A DNA stretch of 64,000 nt from an uncultured Bacteroidales bacterium (GCA_963791065.1 CAWBQN010000026.1:217-64216); one strand, 5' to 3'; shown: positions 1 through 9,304, counted from the stretch's first letter. Numbers and translations are program-made. Notes: a model not told the origin generated them from the sequence alone.

Positions 1-1053
1 CCCGTTCGGAAGCCGGAGAACTTTATCCTTTTTTGAAATGATAACCCTGATTTCAAGCTGCTGCGCCGGACGCAAGTTTGAGATATCTCCTTTATCGATC
101 CGTATTATACATTCCATCATTCCCTGGGTGATGGCAGGCATGATATTTTCGATTGTTCCGTTTAAGTCTTTATCCTGGTTTCTGACGTCAACCTCCTGTC
201 CTGAAACTACCCTTCCTGCCCAGGCATTGCTGATAGTTCCTTTAAGTTTATAGCTTGAAATATCTGCGACCCTTGCGATCTGCTGACCTTCTGATACCGA
301 AGCCCCGGGTTGATCAATCACCCAGCTAAGATCACCTTGAAAGGGTGCTTTTACATAAGCCTGGTCAACAAGATCTTTTGCTTTTATGATCTTATTTTTC
401 TGTATATTGATTTCAGTCTCCAGTTCCCTTATTCCGTTATTTTTGGCATTTACCTGATTATTGAAAATGTATTGAGCCTGGCTGTTCTCGAGTTGCTCTA
501 TATCCCATGCCGTTTTTGCTTTTTTTACATTAGAAGCAGGACTGCCTCCCATTTTATTAAGTGTGACCTCCCCTTCATACTCAAGCCTTGCATTTTCAAC
601 TTTAATTTCTTTAATCTTTCGGCTGAATTCAAAATCCTCCCTGAGCTGTTGTAATTCAATCTTAAGTTTATCAATACGAATATTTTCAAGAGCCAGTTCA
701 TTTGTAAGCATGTTCAGATCATTCTCCGCCAGCTTATTATTAAGGATCAGAAGGGTATCTTTCGGAAATACCTTATCACCAGGATTTTTAATGATTCTTA
801 CAATATTGCTCTTGAATGGTGAAGTAATAATCTCCTCATACGCCGGTATCACATTACCTGAACCCTGAACTGTGATCTGGATATCGCCTTTGTCAGAAAT
901 GCCAGTTGAAACCTGGGAAATACTTACAGAAGGAACAAAAACACTTTTAAGGAAAAGAATGATTAAAAGCGGAACAGCTATTATTATTGAAACAACACCG
1001 ATCTGTCTGATAAGTAATTTTCTCTTGTGTTCTTTTGAAACCGGACGATCCAT
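1..1053 (-). CDS. Efflux periplasmic adaptor / membrane-fusion protein (HlyD/MacA-like), 3' end outside the window
   Basis: Not in the ORF track (no stop in window). Manual translation from ATG at 1053: MDRPVSKEHKRKLLIRQIGVVSIIIAVPLLIILF (TM anchor), GDIQITVQGSGNVIP, a long coiled coil, then VKAPFQGDL (lipoyl half-motif). Open to position 1. Confidence 0.8.
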   Translation of the reverse strand, partial: MDRPVSKEHKRKLLIRQIGVVSIIIAVPLLIILFLKSVFVPSVSISQVSTGISDKGDIQITVQGSGNVIPAYEEIITSPFKSNIVRIIKNPGDKVFPKDTLLILNNKLAENDLNMLTNELALENIRIDKLKIELQQLREDFEFSRKIKEIKVENARLEYEGEVTLNKMGGSPASNVKKAKTAWDIEQLENSQAQYIFNNQVNAKNNGIRELETEINIQKNKIIKAKDLVDQAYVKAPFQGDLSWVIDQPGASVSEGQQIARVADISSYKLKGTISNAWAGRVVSGQEVDVRNQDKDLNGTIENIMPAITQGMMECIIRIDKGDISNLRPAQQLEIRVIISKKDKVLRLPNG

Positions 1054-1085
1054 AAATTAGTGCAGATTTTGTATCGGTTATGAGA

Positions 1086-1101
1086 TACAAGACTTATGCC
1101 A
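1086..1101 (-). promoter_or_regulatory. Putative sigma-54 (-24/-12) promoter of the efflux adaptor gene
   Basis: Minus strand reads TGGCATAAGTCTTGTA versus consensus TGGCACG-N4-TTGCW, with correct spacing but GT instead of GC at -12. It lies 33 nt upstream of the ATG. Confidence 0.45.
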
Positions 1102-1245
1102 CTAATATAATGTTCATATTATTAAATATTTAGAAATAGTATGTAATGAATTAGTGTACCAGAATGAGACAGGTGCGGACATATTTATTATAACCCTAAA
1201 CACAAAAGATACAACGGTTGTACACAAGGTAGCACAAAGGTTTTA

Positions 1246-1321
1246 TGTAAGGCCACGCCATGGCGTGGCCCTACAATAACGTTTATAGAGACTGTAGGGA
1301 CATGCCATGGCATGTCCCTGC
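1246..1321. repeat. Pair of GTAG-type REP-like palindromes
   Basis: Perfect palindromes GGCCACGCCA|TGGCGTGGCC (1251-1270, flanked by TGTAA/CTACA) and AGGGACATGCCA|TGGCATGTCCCT (1296-1319, within TGTAGGG...), just downstream of asnB. Confidence 0.7.
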
Positions 1322-1338
1322 TAATACAGAATAAAATT

Positions 1339-3006
1339 TTATTTATATGAATCAATATGCACATTCTTCACCGACCTTCCTGAAGGATCATTCAGGTTTT
1401 TAAATGATGCATCCCAGGCAATAGCTTCAGGAGTGCTGCAGGCCACTGATGGTACTGATGGGACACATAATGCAGCAGAATCTGAAGGGAAATGCTCTGT
1501 AAAAATACATCTGTAGAAATATTCTTCCTTCGACATTGGCGGATTTATCGGGAATCGATATTTTGCATTTGCAAGCTGATCGTCAGTCACTTCATGTGAA
1601 GTAAGTTCTTTCAGCGAATCGATCCAGTTATAACCGACTCCATCTGAGAACTGTTCTTTTTGTCGCCATGCCACACTGGCAGGCAGGTAATCCTCGAAAG
1701 CTTTTCTGAGAACCCATTTTTCAATACGATCCTTGTTTATCATCTTATCTTTAGGATTCAGACGCATCGCAACATCCATAAACTCTTTATCCAGGAAGGG
1801 TACACGGCCTTCCACACCCCATGCAGCCAGAGATTTGTTTGCACGAAGGCAATCATATAAATGAAGTTTGCTGAGTTTCCTTACAGTTTCTTCGTGAAGA
1901 GCTTCGGGAGAAGGAGCCTTGTGGAAATAGAGATAACCTCCGAATATTTCATCGGCTCCTTCACCTGACAGGACCATCTTTACTCCCATTGATTTTATAA
2001 CCCTTGCCAGAAGATACATCGGAGTGGATGCCCTTATTGTCGTAACATCATATGTTTCAATGTGATATATCACATCCCTTAATGCATCAAGTCCCTCCTG
2101 AACAGTAAAATTAATTTCATGATGGATCGTTCCGATATGTTTGGCGACCTTTCGGGCGGCGGCAAGATCTGGAGAACCCTCAAGCCCGACAGCAAATGAG
2201 TGTAATTGTGGCCACCAGGCCTCACTTTTGTCCTCCGATTCAATTCTCTTTGGTGCAAATTTCTTGGCTATAGCTGAGACCACTGATGAATCAAGCCCTC
2301 CCGAAAGCAGAACTCCATATGGCACATCTGACATTAACTGGCGGTGAACTGATGCCTCTAGCGCCAGTCTTAGATCTTCAATGCTTGTGCTGTTATTTTC
2401 AACTGCCGAGTATTTTTCCCAATCACGTTTATACCATCTTGTCATAACACCATCCTTGCTGTAGAGGTAATGACCTGGCAAAAATTCCTCTATTTTATTG
2501 CAGACTCCCTCAAGGGCTTTAAGTTCAGATGCTACATAAAAGTTACCAAACTGATCCCATCCAACGTATAAAGGAACTATTCCTATATGATCACGGGCAA
2601 TAAAATAGCAGTCTTTGACCCTGTCATATAATGCGAAAGCGAATATCCCATTTAATTCTTCGATGAAAGCAGGACCCTTATCCCTGTAAAGCGGGAGGAT
2701 CACTTCGCAATCGGAATGAGTCTGAAATTCGTAAGTCTTTTCATATCGTTTCCTGATCTCCTGATGATTATAGATCTCACCGTTTACTGCAAGTATAAGG
2801 TTGCAATCCTTACTGTACAATGGTTGTTTGCCCGACTGAGGATCAACTATGGATAACCTTTCATGAGCAAGGATAGCTTTCTCGCAATAAAATATACCGG
2901 ACCAGTCAGGACCACGATGTCTTACTTTTTTCGACATTTTCAGAACAGTCGATCTTAATTCCATATGATTGACTTTCAGATCAAATACTCCTATAATTCC
3001 ACACAT
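1339..3006 (-). CDS. asnB: Asparagine synthetase B (glutamine-hydrolysing)
   Basis: N-terminal MCGI Ntn nucleophile, RHRGPDWSG, HERLSIVD, NGEIYNH, LLSGGLDSS, SGEGADEIFGGY, RQKEQFSDGVG. Confidence 0.97.
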   Translation of the reverse strand: MCGIIGVFDLKVNHMELRSTVLKMSKKVRHRGPDWSGIFYCEKAILAHERLSIVDPQSGKQPLYSKDCNLILAVNGEIYNHQEIRKRYEKTYEFQTHSDCEVILPLYRDKGPAFIEELNGIFAFALYDRVKDCYFIARDHIGIVPLYVGWDQFGNFYVASELKALEGVCNKIEEFLPGHYLYSKDGVMTRWYKRDWEKYSAVENNSTSIEDLRLALEASVHRQLMSDVPYGVLLSGGLDSSVVSAIAKKFAPKRIESEDKSEAWWPQLHSFAVGLEGSPDLAAARKVAKHIGTIHHEINFTVQEGLDALRDVIYHIETYDVTTIRASTPMYLLARVIKSMGVKMVLSGEGADEIFGGYLYFHKAPSPEALHEETVRKLSKLHLYDCLRANKSLAAWGVEGRVPFLDKEFMDVAMRLNPKDKMINKDRIEKWVLRKAFEDYLPASVAWRQKEQFSDGVGYNWIDSLKELTSHEVTDDQLANAKYRFPINPPMSKEEYFYRCIFTEHFPSDSAALCVPSVPSVACSTPEAIAWDASFKNLNDPSGRSVKNVHIDSYK

Positions 3007-3270
3007 ATAAATCAGTTTATCAGTTTAATTTCTTTTTAGACTAAAAGGTACAAAGCTAACATTTATTTCAATTCATAAAATCATTTTGTTATTTAATTTA
3101 ATCAAATCAAGATAATATTTAAGCAAATATATAGATTAAGTGAATGAAATATACATATCAGCTTTATTTAATAAATATTATTAATATGACAAAAGTCATA
3201 TTAAGTCTTTCTTTAACATTTATTAATATAATTGAGCTTCATAGTTTTATTGAAGTCTGCAAAATCCTGA

Positions 3271-3278
3271 TAATTTTG
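3271..3278 (+). promoter_or_regulatory. Putative Bacteroidota -7 promoter element for the propeller/Fe-S operon
   Basis: TAATTTTG matches TAnnTTTG, about 25 nt upstream of ATG 3304 in an AT-rich divergent spacer. Confidence 0.4.
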
Positions 3279-3303
3279 TTCCTGAATTTAAATCAATCAC
3301 AAA

Positions 3304-4548
3304 ATGAAAAATTTATTAGCGTCTATCTCCTTAATATTTTGTTTATTACAATTATCTGAGGGTCAAAAAATAAGCGAATGGCGACCGGAAAACAGAACCG
3401 GGGTATCTGCCGAAACCGGATTGCTTAAATCGTGGCCTGAAGCGGGTCCTTCTTTGCTGTGGTTCAACCAGGATCTGGCTCCGGGCTTTTCATCGGTAAC
3501 ATTTGGGCAAAACTCAATATTTTTAACCGGAATGATTGGAAAAAACGATGTATTATTTGCATTAGATACTGTTGGAAAAATCAAATGGCAGGTACCCTAT
3601 GGACGTTCCTGGAAAGGAGCCACTCCTGAAAGCAGATGTACTCCCACTGTCGAAGGGAACAGCGTTTATGTATCCAGCGGATCGGGTGATCTGGCTTGTG
3701 TTGACGCAAATACCGGTAAAATTATCTGGTCGGTCAAAGCCAGTGAAACATACAAAGGAACCTTTGAACAATGGGGCATTGCCGAATCACTTCTCATAGA
3801 TGGAAATAAACTTTATTTCACGCCGGGCGGACCATTGACTATGACTATCGCTCTGGATAAAAAGACAGGTACTTTAATCTGGAAATCTGCAAGCCTTAAG
3901 GATTCTCCCGCGTACGTTTCTCCTATCCTTATAAATTTCAAGGGAAAGAGATTAATAATTAATGTTTCAAGCAGCTATATTTTTGCAGTTGATCCTTCAA
4001 ATGGGAATATAGTATGGAAAATAAAGCATCTTGACATTAACCCCGCAAAAGCTGAAGTAATAAAATGCGTTACCCCTCTTTATTCCGATGGGAAAATTTA
4101 TGTCACCGGGGGTTATGATCATGGAGCCGTAATGCTCAGTTTAACGGATGGCGGTAATAATGCAACAGTAGCATGGACAGATAATGTTCTGGACGTTCAT
4201 CACGGGGGTGTGGTACTTGTTAAAGGTAATATCTACGGGTCAAACTGGTTGAACAATAACGATGGAAACTGGTGTTGCATAGATTGGAATACTGGTAAGA
4301 AAAAATATGAAGAGCACTGGAAATGCAAAGGCTCGATCATTTCTGCTGAAGATATGCTATATATCTATGATGAACGATCAGGTTTTGTGGGTCTGGTTAA
4401 GGCAAATCCTGATAAATTCGATTTAGTAAGCAGCTTTAAAATATCCAAAGGATCAGGACCATACTGGGCACATCCTGTCATACATAATAAAAAGCTTTAT
4501 ATCAGGCATGGAAAGGTTCTGATGGTGTATAATATAAAAAGCGTCTGA
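3304..4548 (+). CDS. Secreted PQQ-binding-like (BamB-like) beta-propeller protein
   Basis: Sec signal cleaved before Gln (SEG|QK), EWRPENRTG N-terminal motif, repeated A(L/V)DxxTGKxxW blades, C-terminal WAHPVIHNKKLYIRH. Confidence 0.85.
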   Translation: MKNLLASISLIFCLLQLSEGQKISEWRPENRTGVSAETGLLKSWPEAGPSLLWFNQDLAPGFSSVTFGQNSIFLTGMIGKNDVLFALDTVGKIKWQVPYGRSWKGATPESRCTPTVEGNSVYVSSGSGDLACVDANTGKIIWSVKASETYKGTFEQWGIAESLLIDGNKLYFTPGGPLTMTIALDKKTGTLIWKSASLKDSPAYVSPILINFKGKRLIINVSSSYIFAVDPSNGNIVWKIKHLDINPAKAEVIKCVTPLYSDGKIYVTGGYDHGAVMLSLTDGGNNATVAWTDNVLDVHHGGVVLVKGNIYGSNWLNNNDGNWCCIDWNTGKKKYEEHWKCKGSIISAEDMLYIYDERSGFVGLVKANPDKFDLVSSFKISKGSGPYWAHPVIHNKKLYIRHGKVLMVYNIKSV

Positions 4549-4618
4549 CAGAATTATATTAAAAAGTGTAATTCTGCGTTTTATTTAATCTGGTGAGTGA
4601 AAATTCCTGAAGGAGCCT

Positions 4619-6070
4619 ATGTTCCCTGATAAAAGAAACATAATCTACATATTTCTGACTATTTTAGTATTTGGAGCAGTATTCCTTTGGTGGATCTTTA
4701 AGAATCAACCTCTGCCGGTCTCCGAAAGAATTCCCGGCATGGACGAACGTCCAAAAATGGCAGTCCGTCCAGATACAGTGAATATCGGAGAATTTTTTGA
4801 TACTCTCTCGGCGATGGATGCAATTGTGCCCGGTGACTGGCCACGTTTCAGGGGCACTGATTTTGATAATATTAATAAAGATACAACTCCGCTATCCGAG
4901 AATTGGGACACTTCCGGACCTTCAATACTCTGGAGAGCAACTCTTGGTGAAGGATATGCCGGACCGGCAGTACATAACGGCAGAGTATACCTTCTCGATT
5001 ATAATGAAAGAAAAAAGGCTGATGTGCTGAGATGTTTTTCACTTTCATCGGGAAAAGAACTCTGGAGGCGGTGGTATTATGTTGATCTGAAACGAAATCA
5101 CGGGTACTCAAGAACGATTCCTGCAGTTACCGACAAATATCTCGTTACAATCGGACCACGATCTCATGTAATGTGTGTTGATCCATACAGCGGAAAAATG
5201 CTGTGGTCAATTGATCTCGAAAAAGAGTTTGGTATCCCGGGGACAGAGAAAGGAAGAATTACTCCCGACTTTTATACGGGACAATGTCCTATGATCGATA
5301 ATGATATAGCTGTTCTTGCACCTGGCGGGAAAGCTCTGATGATAGGTGTGGATTGTGCTTCAGGAAAAATAATCTGGGAAACACCTAATCCTGATTCTTT
5401 GCGAATGTCGCACAACTCTATAATGCCGATGACAATTCTTGGAAAAAGAATGTATGTATATAATGCAGTTGGAGGAGTCTGTGGAGTATCTGCAGAGAAA
5501 CCTGATATAGGCAAGCTAATGTGGGTTACTACAGACTGGAGCCCGGCCACAACTGCTGCCTCACCAATCTTTCTTGGAAATGACGAAATTGCTGTTTTTG
5601 GAAGCTATGGAGCCGGAGGTGCAAGAATCGTTATAAGTAGTGCAGCATCGGGGTATTCTGCCATCGTCAGGGAACAGCACAAAGCTACAAATGGACTCGC
5701 CAGCGATCAACAAACTCCCGTAATCATCGGAAATTATATCTGGAGTGTTCTTCCTGAAAATGCCGGAGCACTGAAAAAGCAGCTTGTCTGCTATAAAAAG
5801 ACAGACCTTTTAACAGCAGTGTGGTCGAGCGGCAAAGAATACAGGTTTGGACGCGGACTGGGACCATATATTGTGAGCGGTGATAAATTATATCTTCTGG
5901 ATGATGACGGAAATCTTTACTTTTATAAGATTCAGGATAACAAAGCCACATTGTTGGCGAGTCATAAAATATTGAAAGGGATTGAGGCATGGGGTCCGAT
6001 GGCTATAGCCGGTAAGTACCTCATTATGAGAGATTCACGAAATTTGCTTTGTTTGAATATTGGTAAATGA
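4619..6070 (+). CDS. Membrane-anchored PQQ-binding-like beta-propeller protein
   Basis: N-terminal TM helix, GDWPRFRG, GEGYAGPAVHNGRVYLLD, SGKELW/SGKMLW/SGKIIW blades, AWGPMAIAGKYLIMRD. Confidence 0.85.
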   Translation: MFPDKRNIIYIFLTILVFGAVFLWWIFKNQPLPVSERIPGMDERPKMAVRPDTVNIGEFFDTLSAMDAIVPGDWPRFRGTDFDNINKDTTPLSENWDTSGPSILWRATLGEGYAGPAVHNGRVYLLDYNERKKADVLRCFSLSSGKELWRRWYYVDLKRNHGYSRTIPAVTDKYLVTIGPRSHVMCVDPYSGKMLWSIDLEKEFGIPGTEKGRITPDFYTGQCPMIDNDIAVLAPGGKALMIGVDCASGKIIWETPNPDSLRMSHNSIMPMTILGKRMYVYNAVGGVCGVSAEKPDIGKLMWVTTDWSPATTAASPIFLGNDEIAVFGSYGAGGARIVISSAASGYSAIVREQHKATNGLASDQQTPVIIGNYIWSVLPENAGALKKQLVCYKKTDLLTAVWSSGKEYRFGRGLGPYIVSGDKLYLLDDDGNLYFYKIQDNKATLLASHKILKGIEAWGPMAIAGKYLIMRDSRNLLCLNIGK

Positions 6071-6077
6071 ACCGAAA

Positions 6078-6998
6078 ATGAAAAAGAATCTGATAACAAT
6101 TTTATCTGTGTTGGTTATACTCGCTTTCATGGGGTATATAGTATTTGATTCCGTTAAGCCGTCTCTGGCTGCTAAAAGTGAACCTGTGACAGTGGAATCT
6201 CACGAGATATCTGATGCCTGGGAGATCTCAAATGTTTTCAAGGTAAGTGAAGGTTCTCTTAAAGCAGTAACAGTGACTCCAAATGGAGAAATATATCTTG
6301 GAGGAACTTCATTCCTGTCGTGTTATGACAAGGATTTGAATCTCGTGTGGAAAAAGAAAACCAAATCGCCTGTAACATCGCTTTCAAACTATGGCGACAC
6401 TATTTATGCATCAACATCAAGTATGATATATGTTTTGAATTTCGCTGGCAGAATATTAAATGAATGGGGACCTTTTGAAGACAGCTCTCTCATTACATCT
6501 TTAAGCTCAAACCGGAAATATGTTGCAGTTGCCGATGCCGGAAATAAAATGGTCTTTATTCTGGATAAAGGTGGCGAGGTTAAAAAAATGATAGGTCAGA
6601 ATAAAAAAGAATTTGTTATCCCAAGTCCTTATTTTGATGTAGCCCTCGATAACGATGATAATCTTTTTGTTGCAAATACAGGGAAACACCGCATTGAAAC
6701 ACGGACAATTGATGGTGCGGTAAAAACCTATTTTGGAGAAGCCGGGACTGCTCCGGGATTATTCTGCGGGTGTTGTGCTCCTCCTCATTTCGCAATCATT
6801 CCTGACGGATTTGTGACTGCTGAGAAAGGAATTAACAGGATCAAGATCCTGAACAAAAAGGGTGAATTCGTTGAGTATGTCAATTCAAAAAATAGCTTTG
6901 TTAAATCCGTCCCTCTGGATGTGGCTTCCAGTGATGGTAAAACTATTTATGCTGCCAATCCGGCTGACTCGAGACTATATATATTTAAAAGAAAATAA
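6078..6998 (+). CDS. Membrane-anchored NHL-repeat beta-propeller protein with CGCC motif
   Basis: Likely start ATG 6078 (track starts at 6060). N-terminal TM, VAVADAGNK, DVALDNDDNLFVANTGKHRI NHL repeats, GLFCGCCAPPHF. Confidence 0.75.
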   Translation: MKKNLITILSVLVILAFMGYIVFDSVKPSLAAKSEPVTVESHEISDAWEISNVFKVSEGSLKAVTVTPNGEIYLGGTSFLSCYDKDLNLVWKKKTKSPVTSLSNYGDTIYASTSSMIYVLNFAGRILNEWGPFEDSSLITSLSSNRKYVAVADAGNKMVFILDKGGEVKKMIGQNKKEFVIPSPYFDVALDNDDNLFVANTGKHRIETRTIDGAVKTYFGEAGTAPGLFCGCCAPPHFAIIPDGFVTAEKGINRIKILNKKGEFVEYVNSKNSFVKSVPLDVASSDGKTIYAANPADSRLYIFKRK

Positions 6999-7029
6999 AT
7001 ATGAAGGATTCAAAACTTTATTTATAAAA

Positions 7030-7124
7030 CCTTTGTGATCCTTAGCGCAAACCTTTGAGCACCTTTGTGGTAAAAAAAATATTCAACCACAAAGGAACAC
7101 AAAGTAATTCACAAAGGAACACGA
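7030..7124. repeat. Hairpin element built from CACAAAG/CTTTGTG ~9-10 nt units
   Basis: CTTTGTGATC CTTAGCGCAAAC CTTTGAGCAC CTTTGTGGT ... ACCACAAAGG AACACAAAGT AATTCACAAAGG AACACGA; the two arms are inverted. Confidence 0.7.
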
Positions 7125-7140
7125 TGGGAAAATGTACAAC

Positions 7141-7168
7141 AAGCAACAAGTAACCAGTAACAAGCAAC
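7141..7168. repeat. Short 7-mer tandem repeat
   Basis: AAGCAAC AAGTAAC CAGTAAC AAGCAAC. Confidence 0.6.
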
Positions 7169-7175
7169 ATATTTT

Positions 7176-7340
7176 ATGACCAGAAATGAATTATTAAAAA
7201 GACTCGGCAGATATATACTGCTTCTGCTGATTGCTATAATTGCCATTTCGCTCGGAAAGAAAGTTGTGGGAACGAACGATTGCACAACCTGTGCCGGTAA
7301 GGGAATTTGCAACGGCAAAACAGACTGTAATAAGTACTAA
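7176..7340 (+). CDS. Small (54 aa) membrane-anchored Cys-rich protein, missed by the ORF track
   Basis: MTRNELLKRLGRYILLLLIAIIAISLGKKVVGTNDCTTCAGKGICNGKTDCNKY*. TAT-like N-terminus, TM helix, CxxC-x5-C-x5-C. Ends 11 nt before the ferredoxin gene. Confidence 0.75.
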   Translation: MTRNELLKRLGRYILLLLIAIIAISLGKKVVGTNDCTTCAGKGICNGKTDCNKY

Positions 7341-7351
7341 ACAGACCATTC

Positions 7352-7921
7352 ATGAAGGCCGGCAAAAATAAATATCAGTCAAGACGCGATTTTGTGAAAG
7401 CTGCAGGGAAGGTGATTGTGGCGGTACCCCTGATAATAATCCCGGCATTTCTTGCAAAAAAAACCTCGGCTTCGGGTTATGTCTGGCAGATCGATCCGTT
7501 CAAATGCACTCAATGCGGTCAGTGCAAAACCAATTGCGTCCTTACTCCTTCTGCCTCAAAATGTGTCCACGCGTTCAGAATGTGTGGTTATTGCGATCTT
7601 TGCGGAGGCTATCTCCGTCAGGGAGTGAAAACTATAAGTACAGGCGCGGAAAACCAGCTATGTCCGACCGGAGCAATTACCCGAAAATTCGTAGAGGAAC
7701 CGTATTTTGAATATACCATCAATGAAAAGCTATGTGACGGTTGCGCTAAATGTGTCAAGGGATGCGGCGATTTCGGGAACGGATCACTTTATATGCAGAT
7801 CCGGCATGACAGGTGCCTGAACTGCAATGAATGTTCAATTGCACGAACCTGCCCTTCGAATGCAATTTCAAGAATTCCTGCCAGGATTGCATATTTACCT
7901 AAAGACGCACCCAAAAAATAA
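7352..7921 (+). CDS. TAT-exported polyferredoxin (multi-[4Fe-4S])
   Basis: SRRDFVK twin-arginine signal plus h-region; CTQCGQCKTNC, CGYCDLC, CPTGAI, CDGCAKCVKGC, CLNCNEC..CP. Confidence 0.85.
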   Translation: MKAGKNKYQSRRDFVKAAGKVIVAVPLIIIPAFLAKKTSASGYVWQIDPFKCTQCGQCKTNCVLTPSASKCVHAFRMCGYCDLCGGYLRQGVKTISTGAENQLCPTGAITRKFVEEPYFEYTINEKLCDGCAKCVKGCGDFGNGSLYMQIRHDRCLNCNECSIARTCPSNAISRIPARIAYLPKDAPKK

Positions 7922-7934
7922 AAAATAAATTCAG

Positions 7935-8022
7935 TAACCGCAAAGTACGCAAAGCGAAATCAAAAAAGAACTTACACAGAGAGACACAGAGAAGCACAGA
8001 GTTACACAGAGAAAAAACACGA
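7935..8022. repeat. One-armed CGCAAAG / CACAGAG unit repeats
   Basis: TAACCGCAAAG TACGCAAAG ... TACACAGAG AGACACAGAG AAGCACAGAG TTACACAGAG. Confidence 0.65.
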
Positions 8023-8034
8023 AACGAAAAACGA

Positions 8035-9303
8035 TTGATGAAGAAAGCCTTACCATATATATTATTTGTACTGCTTTTATGCTGGCATGTGGTTCTCTTT
8101 GCCCAGGACAGGTTTCCCAGGCCTGAATTTGAATCAGGTCATATCTATCCCACCAACCAGATGCCTGTTCCGAGAGCCCGGTTGCTGGAGTATCTTGATG
8201 TTGTAGTATTGATTGGTGCGTTGATAATAACAACCTGGCTTGCATTGAAAAAGCGTTCAAGACAGGGCCTGATATGGATGTCGGTATTTTCCGTGGCATA
8301 TTTCGGTTTTTACAGACAAGGCTGCATCTGTTCGGTAGGTTCGGTTCAGAATGTATCGCTGGCATTGTTTAATACCGGCTACTCTATTCCGGTTACCGCT
8401 CTTCTTTTCTTTATTATTCCACTCCTCTTCGCTCTTGCTTACGGACGTGTATTTTGCGCGGGAGTTTGTCCGCTTGGTGCTATTCAGGAATTAACCGGTT
8501 TAAAACCCGTCAAACTGCCAAAACCAGTGGAAGTGATCCTTGCATTTGTACCATTTATTTATCTCGGGATTGCAATATTGTTCTCAGCCACAAACAGTCA
8601 GTTCATGATCTGCAAATATGATCCTTTTATTGGTATATTCAGACTTGATGCCCCCTATACTATGATAATATTTGGAGCCTTGCTGCTTCTGGCAGGAATA
8701 TTTGTCAACAGGCCATATTGCAGATATCTGTGTCCCTACGGAGTCCTTCTCAATATCTTTTCACGGTTTGCAGGGAAACATCTGACAATAACACCAGCTG
8801 AATGCACGAATTGCCGGCTTTGTGAGGAAGCCTGTCCCTATGATGCCATCCTCCCTGCTGATACTGATCAGACCAGGGAAGAACCTGAGAGATCAAGAAA
8901 AAGGTTTATTCTCTACTTTATTCTTGTGCCAGTCTTTGCATTCAGCGGGGCATTTTTACTTTATAACCTAGCTCCTGCCTTGTCAGGTGCTAATAGTACT
9001 GTCAGACTGGCAAGGGAGATCAGAAGTGAGAAAAAAACCGGAATTGAAACTACCCTGAAAGATGTTGTGGCATTCAAAGAATCGGGCAAAACAGAATCGG
9101 AACTATTTAAAGATGAAGAATTAATAATTAATCGATACATAAAAGGCTCACCCTGGGCAGGTGCATTTCTTGGAATTTCATTCGGTATAGGAATGATCTC
9201 ATTGACAATAAGAAGTAAGAGAAGCGAATATAAGCCACACCAGGGGAAGTGTTATAGTTGCGGTAGATGTTTTAAATATTGTCCAATTCAAGTGAAAGTT
9301 TAA
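8035..9303 (+). CDS. Integral-membrane 4Fe-4S binding protein (NapH/MauN/NosR-C-terminal-like)
   Basis: Multiple TM helices, two CxxxCP motifs (FCAGVCPLG, YCRYLCPYG), GCICSVG, ferredoxin motifs CTNCRLCEEACP and CYSCGRCFKYCP. Confidence 0.85.
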   Translation: MMKKALPYILFVLLLCWHVVLFAQDRFPRPEFESGHIYPTNQMPVPRARLLEYLDVVVLIGALIITTWLALKKRSRQGLIWMSVFSVAYFGFYRQGCICSVGSVQNVSLALFNTGYSIPVTALLFFIIPLLFALAYGRVFCAGVCPLGAIQELTGLKPVKLPKPVEVILAFVPFIYLGIAILFSATNSQFMICKYDPFIGIFRLDAPYTMIIFGALLLLAGIFVNRPYCRYLCPYGVLLNIFSRFAGKHLTITPAECTNCRLCEEACPYDAILPADTDQTREEPERSRKRFILYFILVPVFAFSGAFLLYNLAPALSGANSTVRLAREIRSEKKTGIETTLKDVVAFKESGKTESELFKDEELIINRYIKGSPWAGAFLGISFGIGMISLTIRSKRSEYKPHQGKCYSCGRCFKYCPIQVKV

Positions 9304-9304
9304 A

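Noticed and set aside
38-1060. Four short plus-strand ORFs at the window start
   Set aside because: They are antisense shadows of the minus-strand efflux adaptor gene (1-1053). The same applies to most short nested ORFs in the track.
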